Shown: piece after piece, positions 11,110-22,887 of the stretch
Numbering within the stretch: the stretch's first letter is position 1
Layout: each line of letters begins with the position of its first letter
NCBI RefSeq assembly: GCF_006345805.1
Contig: NC_042998.1
Coordinates: 79,546,001 to 79,610,000 of the forward strand
Reading direction: 5' to 3'
DNA: 64,000 bases
Source: Octopus sinensis
Lineage: Eukaryota
Made by a program: the position numbers and the translations under genes
Notes under the pieces: model-generated
Told to the model about the DNA's origin: nothing
Seen by the model: only the letters and a program-made list of their open reading frames with translations
Database searches by the model: none

Positions 11110-12760
11110 CCTTCAGGTAGATGGCCCTGCTCGATCTGTAGAAAAGGTGTAGGTAGAAACTCTATAAGATGCACCAAGTGTAAGCTATGGACACATAAGA
11201 GGTGCAGCAATGTCATAGGAAGGCTAACTAGGAAGATGGTTTTTGTATGTGGCAGATGCTCGGGAGCATTAACCTCTGAAAATCTGCAGAAAACAACTTC
11301 CGTCACTTTCCAGGGGGAAAAACTAGAAGCGGTTGATAGCTTCCGTTATCTTGGTGACCAAGTCAGTAGTGGGGGTGGGTGTGCTGAAAGTGTAACGGCT
11401 AGAGTAAGAATAGCCTGGGCAAAGTTTAGGGAGCTCTTACCTCTGTTGGTGACTAAAGGCCTCTCGCTCAGAGTAAAAGGCAGACTGTATGATGCATGTG
11501 TACGAACAGCCATGCTGAGGACATGCGTAAGCTCGCGAGAAATGAAGCTAGTATGCTCCGTTGGATGTGTAATGTCAGTGTTCATAGTCGACAGAGTGTA
11601 AGTACCTTGAGAGAAAAGTTGGACCTAAGAGGAATCAGATGTTGTGTGCAAGAGAAACGATTGCGCTGGTATGGTCATGTGGTGAGAATGGATGAAGATA
11701 GGTGTGTGAAAAAGTGCCACACCCTGGCAGTTGAGGGGACCTGTGGAAGAGGTAGACCCAGGAAAACCTGGGTTGAGGTGGTGAAGCACGACCTTCGAAC
11801 TCTAGGTCTCACCAAGGAAATGACCAGAGACCGAGACCTATGGAAGTATGCTGTGCATGAGAAGACCCGGCAAGACCAGTGAGAACAATCAAAATCAAAT
11901 CATATATCAGAAAGCAGGGGTTAAGTGACCCATCTGTTCGTGTCCGCTGTCAGCCTCGTCTGGCACCCGTGCCGGTGATACGTAAAAGCACCGTTCACTC
12001 ATGGCCGTTTGCCAGCTCTGCCTGGCCCCATGTCGGTGGCACGTAAAAGCACCATCCGTTCGTGTTCGTTGCCAGCCTCGCCTGGTCCCGTGCCAGTGAC
12101 ACGTAAAAGCACCGTCCGTTCATGGCCATTGGCCAGCTCTGTCTGGCCCCGTGTCGGTGGCACGTAAAAGCACCATCCGTTCGTGGCCGTTTGCCAGCTC
12201 TGTCTGGCCCCGTGTCGGTGGCACATAAAAGCACCATCCGTCCATGTCTGTTGCCAGCCTCGGCTGGCCCCCGTGCCGGGGACACGTAAAAACACCATCT
12301 GCTCGTGGCCGTTTGCCAGCTCTGTCTGGCAACCGTGTCGGTGGCACGTAAAAGCACCATCCGTTCGCGTCCGTTGCCAGCCTCGACTGGCCCCCGTGCC
12401 AGTGACACGTAAAAGCACCGTCGGTTCGTGGCCGGTTGCCAGCTCTGTCTGGCCCCGTGTCGGTGGCACGTAAAAGCACCATCCGTTCATGTCCGTTGCC
12501 AGCATCGCCTGGCCCCGTGCCGGTGACACGTAAAAGCCCCATCCGTTCGTGGCCGTTCGCCAGCTCTGTCTGGCACCTGTGCAGGTGACACGTAAAAAAC
12601 AGCCACTACACTCGCGGAGTGGTTGGCGTTAGGAAGGGCATCCAGCCGTAGAAACACTGCCAGATCTGACTGGGCCTGACGAAGCCTTCCAGACCCCAGT
12701 TGACCCGTCCAACCCATGCTAGCATGGAAAACGGACGCTAAACGATGATGATGATGATGA
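11110..12760 (+). mobile_element. 5'-truncated RTE LINE (PHD finger, RT thumb, 3' UTR with tandem array, (GAT)n tail)
   Basis: WPCSICRKG...CTKC...HKRC...CGRC, DSFRYLGD, LYDACVRTAML, WYGHV and GRGRPRKTW; tail gatgatgatgatga near 12745-12760. Confidence 0.92.
11940..12600 (+). repeat. Minisatellite of 11 units of ~60-61 bp inside the RTE 3' UTR
   Basis: Eleven occurrences of the acgtaaaagcacc-like motif at ~60-bp spacing, with two alternating unit types. Confidence 0.95.
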
Positions 12761-15481
12761 AGTGACTGAGACCTTTGGTGATATACTGTGCTTGAAAAGA
12801 CCTGTCAAGCCGAGTGAGATCATAGTTGTGGCTGATGCTGGTGTTGCACAACTGGCACCCATGCTGGTGGTATGTAAAAAACCACCCACTACACTCTTGG
12901 AGTGGTTGGTGTTAGAAAGGGCATCCAGCTGTAGAAACTGTGCTAAATCAGAGTGGAACCTGATGTAGCTCCCCAGTTTACAAGTTTTCAGTCAAACCAT
13001 CCAACCCATGCCATCATTGGAAAACGAACATTAAATGATGATTATGATAAACCTGTTAATGAATGTTGGCAATACAGTAACTTTCCCCAACATTTCAATG
13101 ATGTACAGATAACGACCATCTCCAAGAAGAGTGATAGACAAGTGTGAGAAAATTATCAATAAATTTCCTTTCTAGCAAACATATTCAGTAAATTCTTTTC
13201 AAAAGCAAGTGTCTAGCATTATTGACAATATGATTTTCACCTTGCAATGGAACATCATGTCTCACTTTTCCTTGTATTTATTGACTTTTACAAAGGCTTT
13301 CAATGCTGGTATAAGAGAGGACTCTGCTCAAAATATATGTCTGGACAAATAGGTGGAGATAGTCAAGCAGTTATGCAGTGGTGTGACTGCCCTCATCTCT
13401 CTTAGGAACAGCTCATTTGTCCATCCCAGTTGCCCACAGAATAAAGTAGGGCTGTATATTTCTGGATACTGTGTTTGAAAATATAGCAACTTCCCAGATG
13501 GAGTGGTAGGCTATGGAACCTATCTAATCTAAGATCAACGAGTATTGTGATATGTGAAATTCGTGGACTGTTCTTTGCTGGGGATTCACTTCTAATAGAT
13601 CATCCCTTGAAAGTGTCAGAAAATTACACAAAATTTTGAATATCTTTCAGTTAATCAATGATTGTAACAAGAAAACTGAAGTTTCATGTTCTCATACTTC
13701 TAACCTTTATAGTCATGAACCAGCATCTAGATCTTGTGAAGAAGTATATACCTACATCTTGCTTTCTTCACCTGATGAAGAAGGTAATGTGATTTCTGAT
13801 AACAGCAGCTGTTTTTTCTTTCTTTCTTTCTGCAATTTATTTGAAAAACTTTTGCTATGCCACCCAAAAGAAGATGCATGTAAAGTTTCTGGATTGATGA
13901 AATCCACAGAACTCAAAGAAATGAATTTTAGTAGCACAGGCTGTGCTTGAGAGTTGTCTGTTCTTCTGTACTCTGGAGTTTTGGACCCTATAAATCAACA
14001 TCCTTAACTCAATTTTTGTACCCTAAAAAATATATATATTTGTATATTTTGTACTGTCCCTCACAAGGTGAATGAAATTTATGAGACAATTTCTTCATTT
14101 TCTTCTTTTAAAAAGGTAATATCATAAAATGCTTGAATAATATATTGCTTTTCCAAAATAATATATTGCAGCTTTGCCAAAAATAAGCTGGAATAGAATC
14201 TTCTAGATACAAAAATGACTAAGTGGATCTCACAATAAGATGGAGGAATGAGAAGAGAACTTGTATGTTTTCAATTCATAATCTATTTTATTGTTAAAAG
14301 TTTGTATGGAATGCAACAGTTCCAAGAAAAAAAAAAGTAATATCAGTTAGTTCTCTTCATAGCAGAAGAGGGTCTTAAGAAAAAAAAAACAAGAATATGC
14401 CTGTGCTAGCGTCAATGCAAATGGTTCTTTTTACAACACAGCATTTTGACATTCATAACTGTGGAAACTTTGCCAAATGTAAGAATTTACCAGCTATCAC
14501 ATTCTATAGCTTACAACACTAAACCCCTGACATTCACGCTGCTGCCTGTGAAGCTCTGTCTTTTCAGAACTAGTTTCCTTTATATGCTTCACAGCAAATC
14601 TAACTGAACAGATCCATGGTGATATCATCCTTCAAACAACCAGCACTTGTTTACATATAATATCCTTGACTAGATTTTTGCTGGTGTCACTACTCAATTT
14701 ATAAAAACTCCAGTTGTTATATAAGAGTTTTCTAAGTGAATTGAATTAGACATTCTTGGTTGTTATGTAATCTAGTCACGTATCTCACATAATAAAAATG
14801 GAAAGAATACAACAGGGTGCTGAAATAAATCTGCAGAAACTTAATATAATCGTTATTGATGCTGAATATCTGTCAAAAGATTGACAAATGTAGAATGAAA
14901 TTATTCAATAGATACTTCAGACAAAAAGTGTATTCAGGAGTAAACTCTAAGATCACTTCCTGTTTAAAGGATTTGTGATAATGATGATAATTGGACTTAA
15001 TTGTTCTATATCATATTTTCTTTTTAATTAAAAAATGCTAATCTAATTAGAAGCATCGTATTTTGTTTCTAGTCAAATCTACGTAACCGTACTAACCTCA
15101 GACTGCTCGGCTGAAAGATTTTATTCCCACTTCATTGATCATAGGACGAGCATGATTCTTTGAAGTTACTTGTTCTGACAATTTGCAAAACCAATAACAC
15201 AAGATAGAGAAAAAGTAATATAAAATAATTAAAAGGACAAATGACAAACATTTATATATTTATTTTAGAAAAATAACAAAACAGAATTTTATTCAAAGAA
15301 TGACAAATAGGAAGTTGTGATGATCATATCATTCCTCAATGACATTAGCAGAATAGGTAACTGAAAATAGAAACAATTGCAGACTGAGACATGCCAGGAA
15401 GTCACCATAACACATTTTCAGCACTTCTATTTTCAAAATGTAATATATGCTAGAATCAATAGGCTTCTAATAAAGCAGCTT

Positions 15482-15807
15482 GAGGGTGCGTGGCTTAGTG
15501 GTTAGGGCATTCGGCTCATGATCGTAAGGTTGTGAGTTCGATTCCCGGCGACGCGTTGTGTTCTTGAGCAAGACACTTTATTTCACGTTGCTCCAGTCCA
15601 CTCAGCTGGCAAAAATGAGTTGTGCTTGTATTTCAAAGGGTCAGCCTTGTCACTCTCTGTGTCACGCTGATTATCCCCGAGAACTACGTTAAGGGTACAC
15701 GTGTCTGTGGAATGCTCAGCCATTTGCACGTTAATTTCACGAGCAAGCTGTTCCGTTGATTGTATCAGCTGGGACCCTCGTCGTCATAACCGGCGGAGTC
15801 TTTTAGG
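15482..15807 (+). mobile_element. tRNA-derived SINE (second family) with 13-bp TSD
   Basis: tRNA-like head (tggcttagtggttagg...gagttcgattccc), then ttgtgttcttgagcaagacactt; TSD aataaagcagctt at 15469-15481 and 15808-15820. Confidence 0.85.
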
Positions 15808-15969
15808 AATAAAGCAGCTTATTGTTATTCAGAGCAGTGGAATGGAAGAAATGGTAGAGTGCTAGACTAAAGGCTTTATATTAATTCTTCTCTTACCTCA
15901 GAGTTCTGAGTTCAATACCTGTCAAAGTTCACTTTTTCTTTCAAATACACACATAAATATATATATGTA

Positions 15970-16011
<42 letters not shown>

Positions 16012-16013
<2 letters not shown>

Positions 16014-16259
16014 TTGTTATCGCCATATTAATATGGCATTCTTATAGATATAAGAATAAACGCTGCCGCTGATTAGCTCCATGAGGCCATCGCCTTAAGA
16101 TAGCTATTGATACACAATCTGTATCCATTATAACTTTCGAACAAGGGAGGTCAGCCGCTTCACACTGCCAGTCCGACAGCTACAGACGCGTTTCAGGGTA
16201 TTTGCCCCTTGTCAATGTAGCGTAGTCAGACCTAGCAGGTGCCGCCACTGACGTCTCTG

Positions 16260-16260
<1 letters not shown>
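16012..16260 (-). mobile_element. ~250-bp hammerhead-bearing element (Penelope pLTR or retrozyme-like monomer) embedded in a (TA)n tract
   Basis: Non-microsatellite insert flanked by (TA)n on both sides. It contains a hammerhead motif and two adjacent perfect hairpins at 16022-16057. Confidence 0.6.
16179..16221 (-). ncRNA. Minimal type I hammerhead ribozyme (U3-A8 core variant)
   Basis: Minus strand: GCTACA TTGACAA GGGG caaata CCCT GAAA C GC G TC TGTAGC. Stem I is 6/6 paired, stem II has 4 pairs, and the GAAACGCGTC motif is present. Confidence 0.75.
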
Positions 16261-16303
<43 letters not shown>

Positions 16304-16513
16304 TACTCCAAACAAAAAAAAATTAATGGTTTTGTGTCAATCTATAAAATTTTAATTAAAATGGTTTTGACGGGCAACAATTGTACATTAAAGAATATCT
16401 CAGATGAAATAGGAACAGTCAGTCAAACTGTTAAACGTCTATCAGAAAGAATTCCTAGGTTATATTTTGGGTTTTGTGGTACAGTCTGACTGACATTTTA
16501 ATTTCATTAAGGA

Positions 16514-19500
16514 CTAGCAGCATAGCCCGGCGTTGCCCGGGTATGTAAGAAACTTTGTCGATAAGCAGTGCCTTTTACCTTTTTACCCTCTTTTGTACTC
16601 ATTGAACCGTTATTTTGTAAAATGAAGCCTAAAAGGCATTAAGGCATTCAAGGCACCATTCCCTTGCATGCATGAAAAAAATCTATGACAGTCAAAGTGC
16701 ATTTTCTGGTTTTGTTTAGCACACTCAACCCAGTTCTGCTGGATCAGTGTCGCGACAGGAACGCATGGGTTGGGAGTTTGACTGGCAGAGGTGATAAGGT
16801 TGCACATGCCAGCCCTTTTGACACTGCCGCCCCCCCCGAACCCAAGTTGGGTTCGGACCACAGCTAAGCCCTACCTAATCCTAACTTAAGTCTAGCGAAA
16901 GGGGGCTCGGGAGCCTCTAGTAAGCAACGACTAATCCCGATCTAGTCCTTTCCCTCTAGGGAACGAAGGCGCATGTGTAGGTTGCAATGCCTTCTCTTCA
17001 CTCCAATACTTCTGTGTATATGACGTTCCTAGCTGTCCCTTTGGGCGAAAACATGAAAACATCATTGTGTCTCCCAACGCGTGAACAGCCCACGTAGAGT
17101 TGACCGTGGGCGAAGCACTGTTCACCCAAATGTAACCCAGCGACTTGTAGCGTTTGGCCTTGGGATTTATTGATGGACATTGCGAAGCAGAGTTTAACAA
17201 GAAACTGAGAACACCTGAAGTGGATTGGTAGGTCAGCGCTCGACGGTTGAAGGTGCATGTGTGGAATGAAGACGTCCTCTCCCTTCCCACAACCGGTAAG
17301 TATTGTGGCCGTTATTAAATGTGGTGCCAAATGTTTCACAACCAGACGTGTGCCGTTGCACTGTTTAGGTGGAACCAAATTCCTGATGAGCATAATGGGC
17401 GCACCGACTTTTAACTTCAGGATGTGTGGTGGCAAGCCTGGCGGTTCAAGTGAATTCAGGAATTAAATAGGATAATCGGCAAGCTCGGCGGGGTCTGCTG
17501 TCCTATCTATAGATTTGTAGATGTGGACATCACCAGGAATAGCTTCAAGTAGCTGGATATTGATGGAGTTGACTGTTGTATTTTTGGGTGCGAGAATAGC
17601 TCTGCCTGCCAGCCATTTTAGGTCGCGTAAATTGTTTTGTAGGTCATGGAAGACAGCGTCCCGGAGGCTAGCAGGAGTGTTGACAGTGGTGCAAAGTGAG
17701 TCCAATTGAACGCAGCCATCCGCATCAGCCGGCATCCTATTTTCACCGAGCGATAAAAGGTCCCTGGAGAATGCAGCGGATCTGCTGTCACCAATCAACT
17801 GCGCGCGCATGTTAGATTGGAGGCACAAGGGCCGCACATGTGCCCAAAGAGCTGACAACTTAAGGCACGCGCGCACGGCATCGCCACGGGTTCCTTTAGG
17901 AATAACAGGCAGAGTCTGCCTGAAGTCTCCTGAAAGAAGTAAAGTCAATCCTCCCATGGGGGCCATAGAGTCTCTGATGTCTTGCAGGGACCTGTCCAGT
18001 GCCTGAAGGGCGCCTTTGTGCGCCACAGTGCACTCGTCCCATACAATGAGTTTGCATCTGTGCAGAATGTCGGCCTGTTCTGAGTTCTTGGTGATGTTGC
18101 AGATTGGTGACTCGGACTTTGCCAGATCAAGCGGGAGTCTGAAGGCAGAGTGGGCGGTTCTGCCACCCGGAAGCAACGTGGCCACGATACCAGAGGAAGC
18201 TACAGCCAGGGCAATGTCCGTGTTGCGCCTGACCTCCACCAGAATTAGTTTCGTGACGAAGGGTTTGCCAGTGCCGCCAGGTGTGTCAAGGAAGTAAATC
18301 ACCCCACGTTGCTGTCTGACAGAGTCTACGATGGTGTTGTAGGCTATGCGCTGGTCTGGAAGCAATCGTGGTTCATTATCTTGGACGTACTGGTGCAGTT
18401 CCTCAGTGCAGTAGGAAGTTTCGCGTAACAATTCAGCAGACATAACATTGGCGTGTTCACGTGTGGGTGGTGGAAGGCCGTATTCCGTTAAAGCAGAGCC
18501 ACCCATATCGATGACAGCGTCTTCGAGTTAAATAAGCGTGAAATTATAAATGAAGTTGGTGAACGTGATCTCGACGGAAGGGCAGTGTTGCTGAGCCGTA
18601 CGTAAGAAGTCCTGCGACATGTCATCCCTGTATTTCATCCAGAGACTTAGTGGGTCACTAAGCTGACATTTTTGAAGAAGGATTGCGAAAAGATGTCGTA
18701 GGGCCGAAGACGCTTGCAGTAAAGCGCCCTCTGCCATAGTGGCGTCCCACTGGGAGTCATCCTCTAGAAGGCCAAGTCTCATACATGCTTCCCTGAAGGT
18801 GTCGCACAGAATTCCATTGACGGTGCGTATATTGCCGAAACCTGTTGGACCAGTGACCTCATGTAGAAGGAGACGGAGGTAGAAGCATTCTTGCTGGTTT
18901 GGCGGAATGTTGTAAACTCGACCCAGGCAGGAGTCAAACTTGACGCCTGGGAAGCCTTCGACGTTTTGGCCGGATTTCCGTCGAAGCCAGGTGTTGTAGA
19001 CCACACGAAGTACGATAGGACCTGGGGGTGCAAAAGCGTTCGAGCGAAGTCATCACGTTGGCATAATTTGAAGAAACCGGTCAACGTTGTGTCTTTAGGG
19101 TTGGTGGCTACCTGCGCAGCAGTTTGTTCTATGAAGTAAATCCGCTGTCCATTTTCCAAGTGTACAGCAAGCTGCACCACAGTCAGATGTCTCTGATGGA
19201 GCGGGAAGCCGTAAATGCGCCAAAACGCTTCGTTGCTGCTGAGGTACCGGCCTGCCAAGTAGTTGGACACTTCGTCGCGACTGGTGGTCCTCTGGATGCT
19301 GAACATGGCAGCATCCTGCCCTTGTTGATATATTTGCTGACATATTGTATTGACCTGATGGAGCTGCAGAACTCAGATGGTCAGGGAGGGTGAGTTCAAC
19401 TTATTGCCCCATTGTCGTCAGCTATTCAACCAGTTCGCCGTCGACATGGCCGCCAAAATGGAATCGGAAAGGCTGCTATACATTAAACTTAATCAGACCA

Positions 19501-21600
19501 AACTTCGCTCCGACTCCTACATTCATCTCCGTGACGGCTTGCAACAAGAAAATGACCCTCGCAACATCGGCAAGCCATGCATTCTACCTCCACCTTCACG
19601 GGAGGACCGCGATATATGCGTGAGAGAAGAAGTTAATTGTGGCGTCGTAGTTGAATGCTAGTGACGACCAGAAAGCGGGGGCAGGGGAACGTACACCACG
19701 AATGATATCCCGACATTGGTTGATACTCTCAAGTCGAGTGCGCCGTGCCTCAGCAGATTGAGATGCGTGTGCGACAGCGGTAGCAGTGGCATCCCTTGAA
19801 AGCCTTTCAGCTCTCGCCTCAGCACTCTCTGAAGCCCTAGCAGAAGCAGTGTTAATGGCATCTCTGGATGTCCGGATAGTTCGTTGGTCTGGAGTTTCGG
19901 CAGATCGGGCCATGGCTGTGTTTGCGGCGTCAGCAGCTCGGCGAGCTCTCTTCTGTTGAGGTGTTTCGGCAGATCGGGCCATGGCTGTGTTTGCGGCGTC
20001 AGCAGCTTGGCGAGTTCTCCTCTGCTGTGGGGTTTCGACAGATCGCGTCCTGGCGGTGCTAGCGGCGTAAGCCGCATTCCGAATGGCCCTTGTTCGGGGT
20101 TCTCGTGAGCTCTGTGGATGGAAGCACAGGAAGAAGCCCGCATGTTTTGGCTGGACAGTTACTCTTTCGTCAACCTTGAACGGAGGGAAAATCTGTACGC
20201 TGCGGCCCTTGCAAGTCGGGTAGAACGGTCGCTAGTAGTTTCAGATGCCTGAGCAGCGGCAGAACGGGAAGCTTTTTGCGAGAGGCGCAAAGCAGTTTCC
20301 TTGTGGGTCTCGCGTGCCCTTCTAGCCCTAGCAGCCGATGCCTTGGCCGTCCGAGGGCTGAGGAGGGTCCTTCTCTTCTTGGGTGGCATTTTGGTGGATA
20401 GCAATGTGTTTGGCAAAGGTGTAATAAAAAGGAACACGTGGGGTAAGTATCCCAAAATGTATAAAAATGTACAAAAACGGCAAAAAAGCGGGCAGCAATG
20501 TGAGTGACAACAACGAAAAAGCGAAAAGTGACCAAACTGAACAAACAATGGAAAAGGTATTTTTAGTGCACACGACAAAGGCGGCTTATAATAAACGAAG
20601 AGTTTGCAAGTAGCGTGCGACGACCCTTAGGGTACGTCAAAAATTTAAGGTAAAACGTTTGGGGTGGTAGTTATAAAGTAAGTTTAAACAAAAAAAAGTA
20701 TTCGAATAACTTGCAGCTGCAGCAGCGATTAGCAGAAGTATGCCAAGGTTATGTTGTCTGGTCATGTTTCGTCTCGTTGACTGCTTGAAGTGACTGTGTT
20801 GGTGGTAAAGTCTCGGAGGTTAGTTCTTCCTGGTAGGAATTGGTTCACCAAAACTTAGGTTAGTCTGGAGGTTTCGATGTAATCTTTGGTTTGTATGTGG
20901 GATATCTTGAAGATTAAGTCTAGATTTCCTCCTGTGGATTGAATCATCGATAGTTGTTTGATAGTTATTAGGGGGAGTAAGAGAGTTAAAGAAGGTCGAG
21001 TTGCGTCCCCTAGACCGTCTGTGGTTTGTGTTTAATACACAAATCAGTTTGCTATGTGTGCCACATATGATGTAATTAACCGATTTCTTCCAGTAATAAC
21101 GTATCCTATTGGAATAAAAAGGGCCATATAGCTCCTTGGAGCAGACATGATGCTCGCTGTGAATTTCAAAAAACTTCCTGCCAATTTGTTAAAGATATTG
21201 TCGAAAATATGTCATCTTGAATTTGAACGCGATTTCCCAAAATGGCATGAGTTTATCGATTTTTTCTGATGGTAAGGTATTGCATGGAAAACTAACGTCA
21301 GAATTAAATTCCTTAGGGTAACATTAAGCTTCACCATGATTTTGGTGAAAATCGATTGCAAGTTGCGAAAACATATGATAAGCTTAGATTCTCGACCCCA
21401 TGTCGAATTTATCGATTTTTTTCAGAACTGGGGGAACTTTTCAAAAGCTGCGTTAGTTTTGAATTATGACATTATGACATTATGACATTAAGCTATGTGT
21501 GTGTCAAGTTTCATCAGAATTGGTTGAAAGCCGCGGTCAGGACGAGGGTACAACCTGACAGACACACAGACATATAAACTGCCTTTTATATAGAGAGAGA
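16514..21600 (-). mobile_element. Helitron 1, both termini present, RepHel fragmented
   Basis: 5' A|TC at 21600; 3' cccgggcaacgccggg hairpin then CTAG|T at 16514. PIF1 helicase motifs ([36 protein letters not shown]) and Rep YVSKYINK. Confidence 0.95.
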
Positions 21601-21899
21601 TTATCAAGTATATGTATCAGGTGACGATAATACTAGACTTTTTACTCAGTTAAAAAATCACAAATTTATAAACGATGGCAGTGAGAAATGAGTGACATTC
21701 ATATTCAGCTGGAGAACATTAGCAGTATATGAAATGAAGGAAAAATACTGCATTTCTAAAAGACATCAGAGATATTTTTAAAGTGAAATAAGTGAAATAG
21801 CTACAACTGATGGAAATGGTTTACCAAGAACGCACATACTGTGTTTTTTTTTTTCATTTGGTTGCTGCAAACCAAACCATCATATACTGTATATATATA

Positions 21900-22875
21900 T
21901 ATCGTTTTTCTTGTTTCAGCTCAGAGCTGCGGCCATGCTGATGAGTTTGATATAGCTACTCTCATTTGCACCTCTTGCCATGAGGTAGGTTCATCTGGGA
22001 CTCTCGACAGGAAGATGTCCAGCTTTGATTTAAAAACCGCTACATCTACTTTGTACAAGTTCCTCAGACTCTTTGGGAGAATATTAAAAAGCTGTGGGCC
22101 CTTGAAACCCAGGTTGTTGCAGAAGCTCGTCCTGAAGCGTGATGGCATTGCTGGGATCTTTGGTACTATGCAGTGTTGTCCCGTTCTAGCATTGGTGTAG
22201 CTTACAATGCCAAAATTTGGCACAATTCCTTCCAGGATCTTCCAGACATATATTACTGCATACCTCACCCGTCTTCTCTCCAGAGAGTAGAGTCTTAGCT
22301 GTTTCAACCTTTCCCAGTAGCTGTGCTGTCGCAAAGAGACGATCTTCTTTGTGGATCTTCTCTGGATTGCTTCAAGGTCCGCTGTTAATTTCACGCTGGT
22401 GGGTGACCATAGCTGCGAGCAGTAATCTAGGCGGCTGAGGACGAATGTCCGCCAGAGGACCATCATGGTTTCCTTATCTCTGGTTCTGAATGTTCTTAGG
22501 ATCCATCCAGCCAGTCGTCTACACTTTGTCGCCATCCTGCTAATGTGCACTTGGAAAGAGGTATCATCACTCATGTCGATACCTAGGTCCCTCACAGACT
22601 TAGGCTCTGGGATTGAAATTCCCTGTGGACCGGTGTATCCCGTAAGTTCACTATTCAGTTTTGGATGCTGGTAGCGCAGGGCCTGGAATTTTTCAGCATT
22701 AAACTGCATATTATTATCCTCAGCCCATCTGTAGATTGAGTCCAACTCCTGCTGCAGGTGTGCAACATCGCTGGGGTTCTGTATTTTCTGCGAGACTTTC
22801 GTATCATCTGCATAGCTTGCCAGAGTGACTATCCGGGCATTTGAGGGCATATCTGAGAGGGCCACTATAAAAAGC
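21900..22875 (-). mobile_element. 5'-truncated CR1-clade LINE
   Basis: 318-codon frame with YADDTK, FNAEKF, RDLGI, LSRLDYCSQLWSP and LYSLERRR; the 3' end carries a stem-loop tail. Confidence 0.9.
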
Positions 22876-22887
22876 ATATATACACAG

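Noticed and set aside
11995-12542. Several overlapping 130-176 aa ORFs
   Set aside because: Artefacts of the GC-rich 60-bp minisatellite.
11940-12600. CRISPR-like periodicity
   Set aside because: No unique spacers, a eukaryotic retroelement context and no cas genes.
13636-13990. Open frames with splice-like borders on both strands
   Set aside because: The two strands give mutually exclusive candidates and neither has recognisable homology.
15482-15555. tRNA-Met-like sequence (CAT anticodon)
   Set aside because: Poor acceptor stem; it continues into a SINE body and is bounded by a 13-bp TSD, so it is a SINE head.
20820-21188. 123-codon stop-to-stop frame in the Helitron 1 5' region (possible captured gene)
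   Set aside because: No start codon or recognisable domain; a frame this long is expected a few times by chance in 64 kb.
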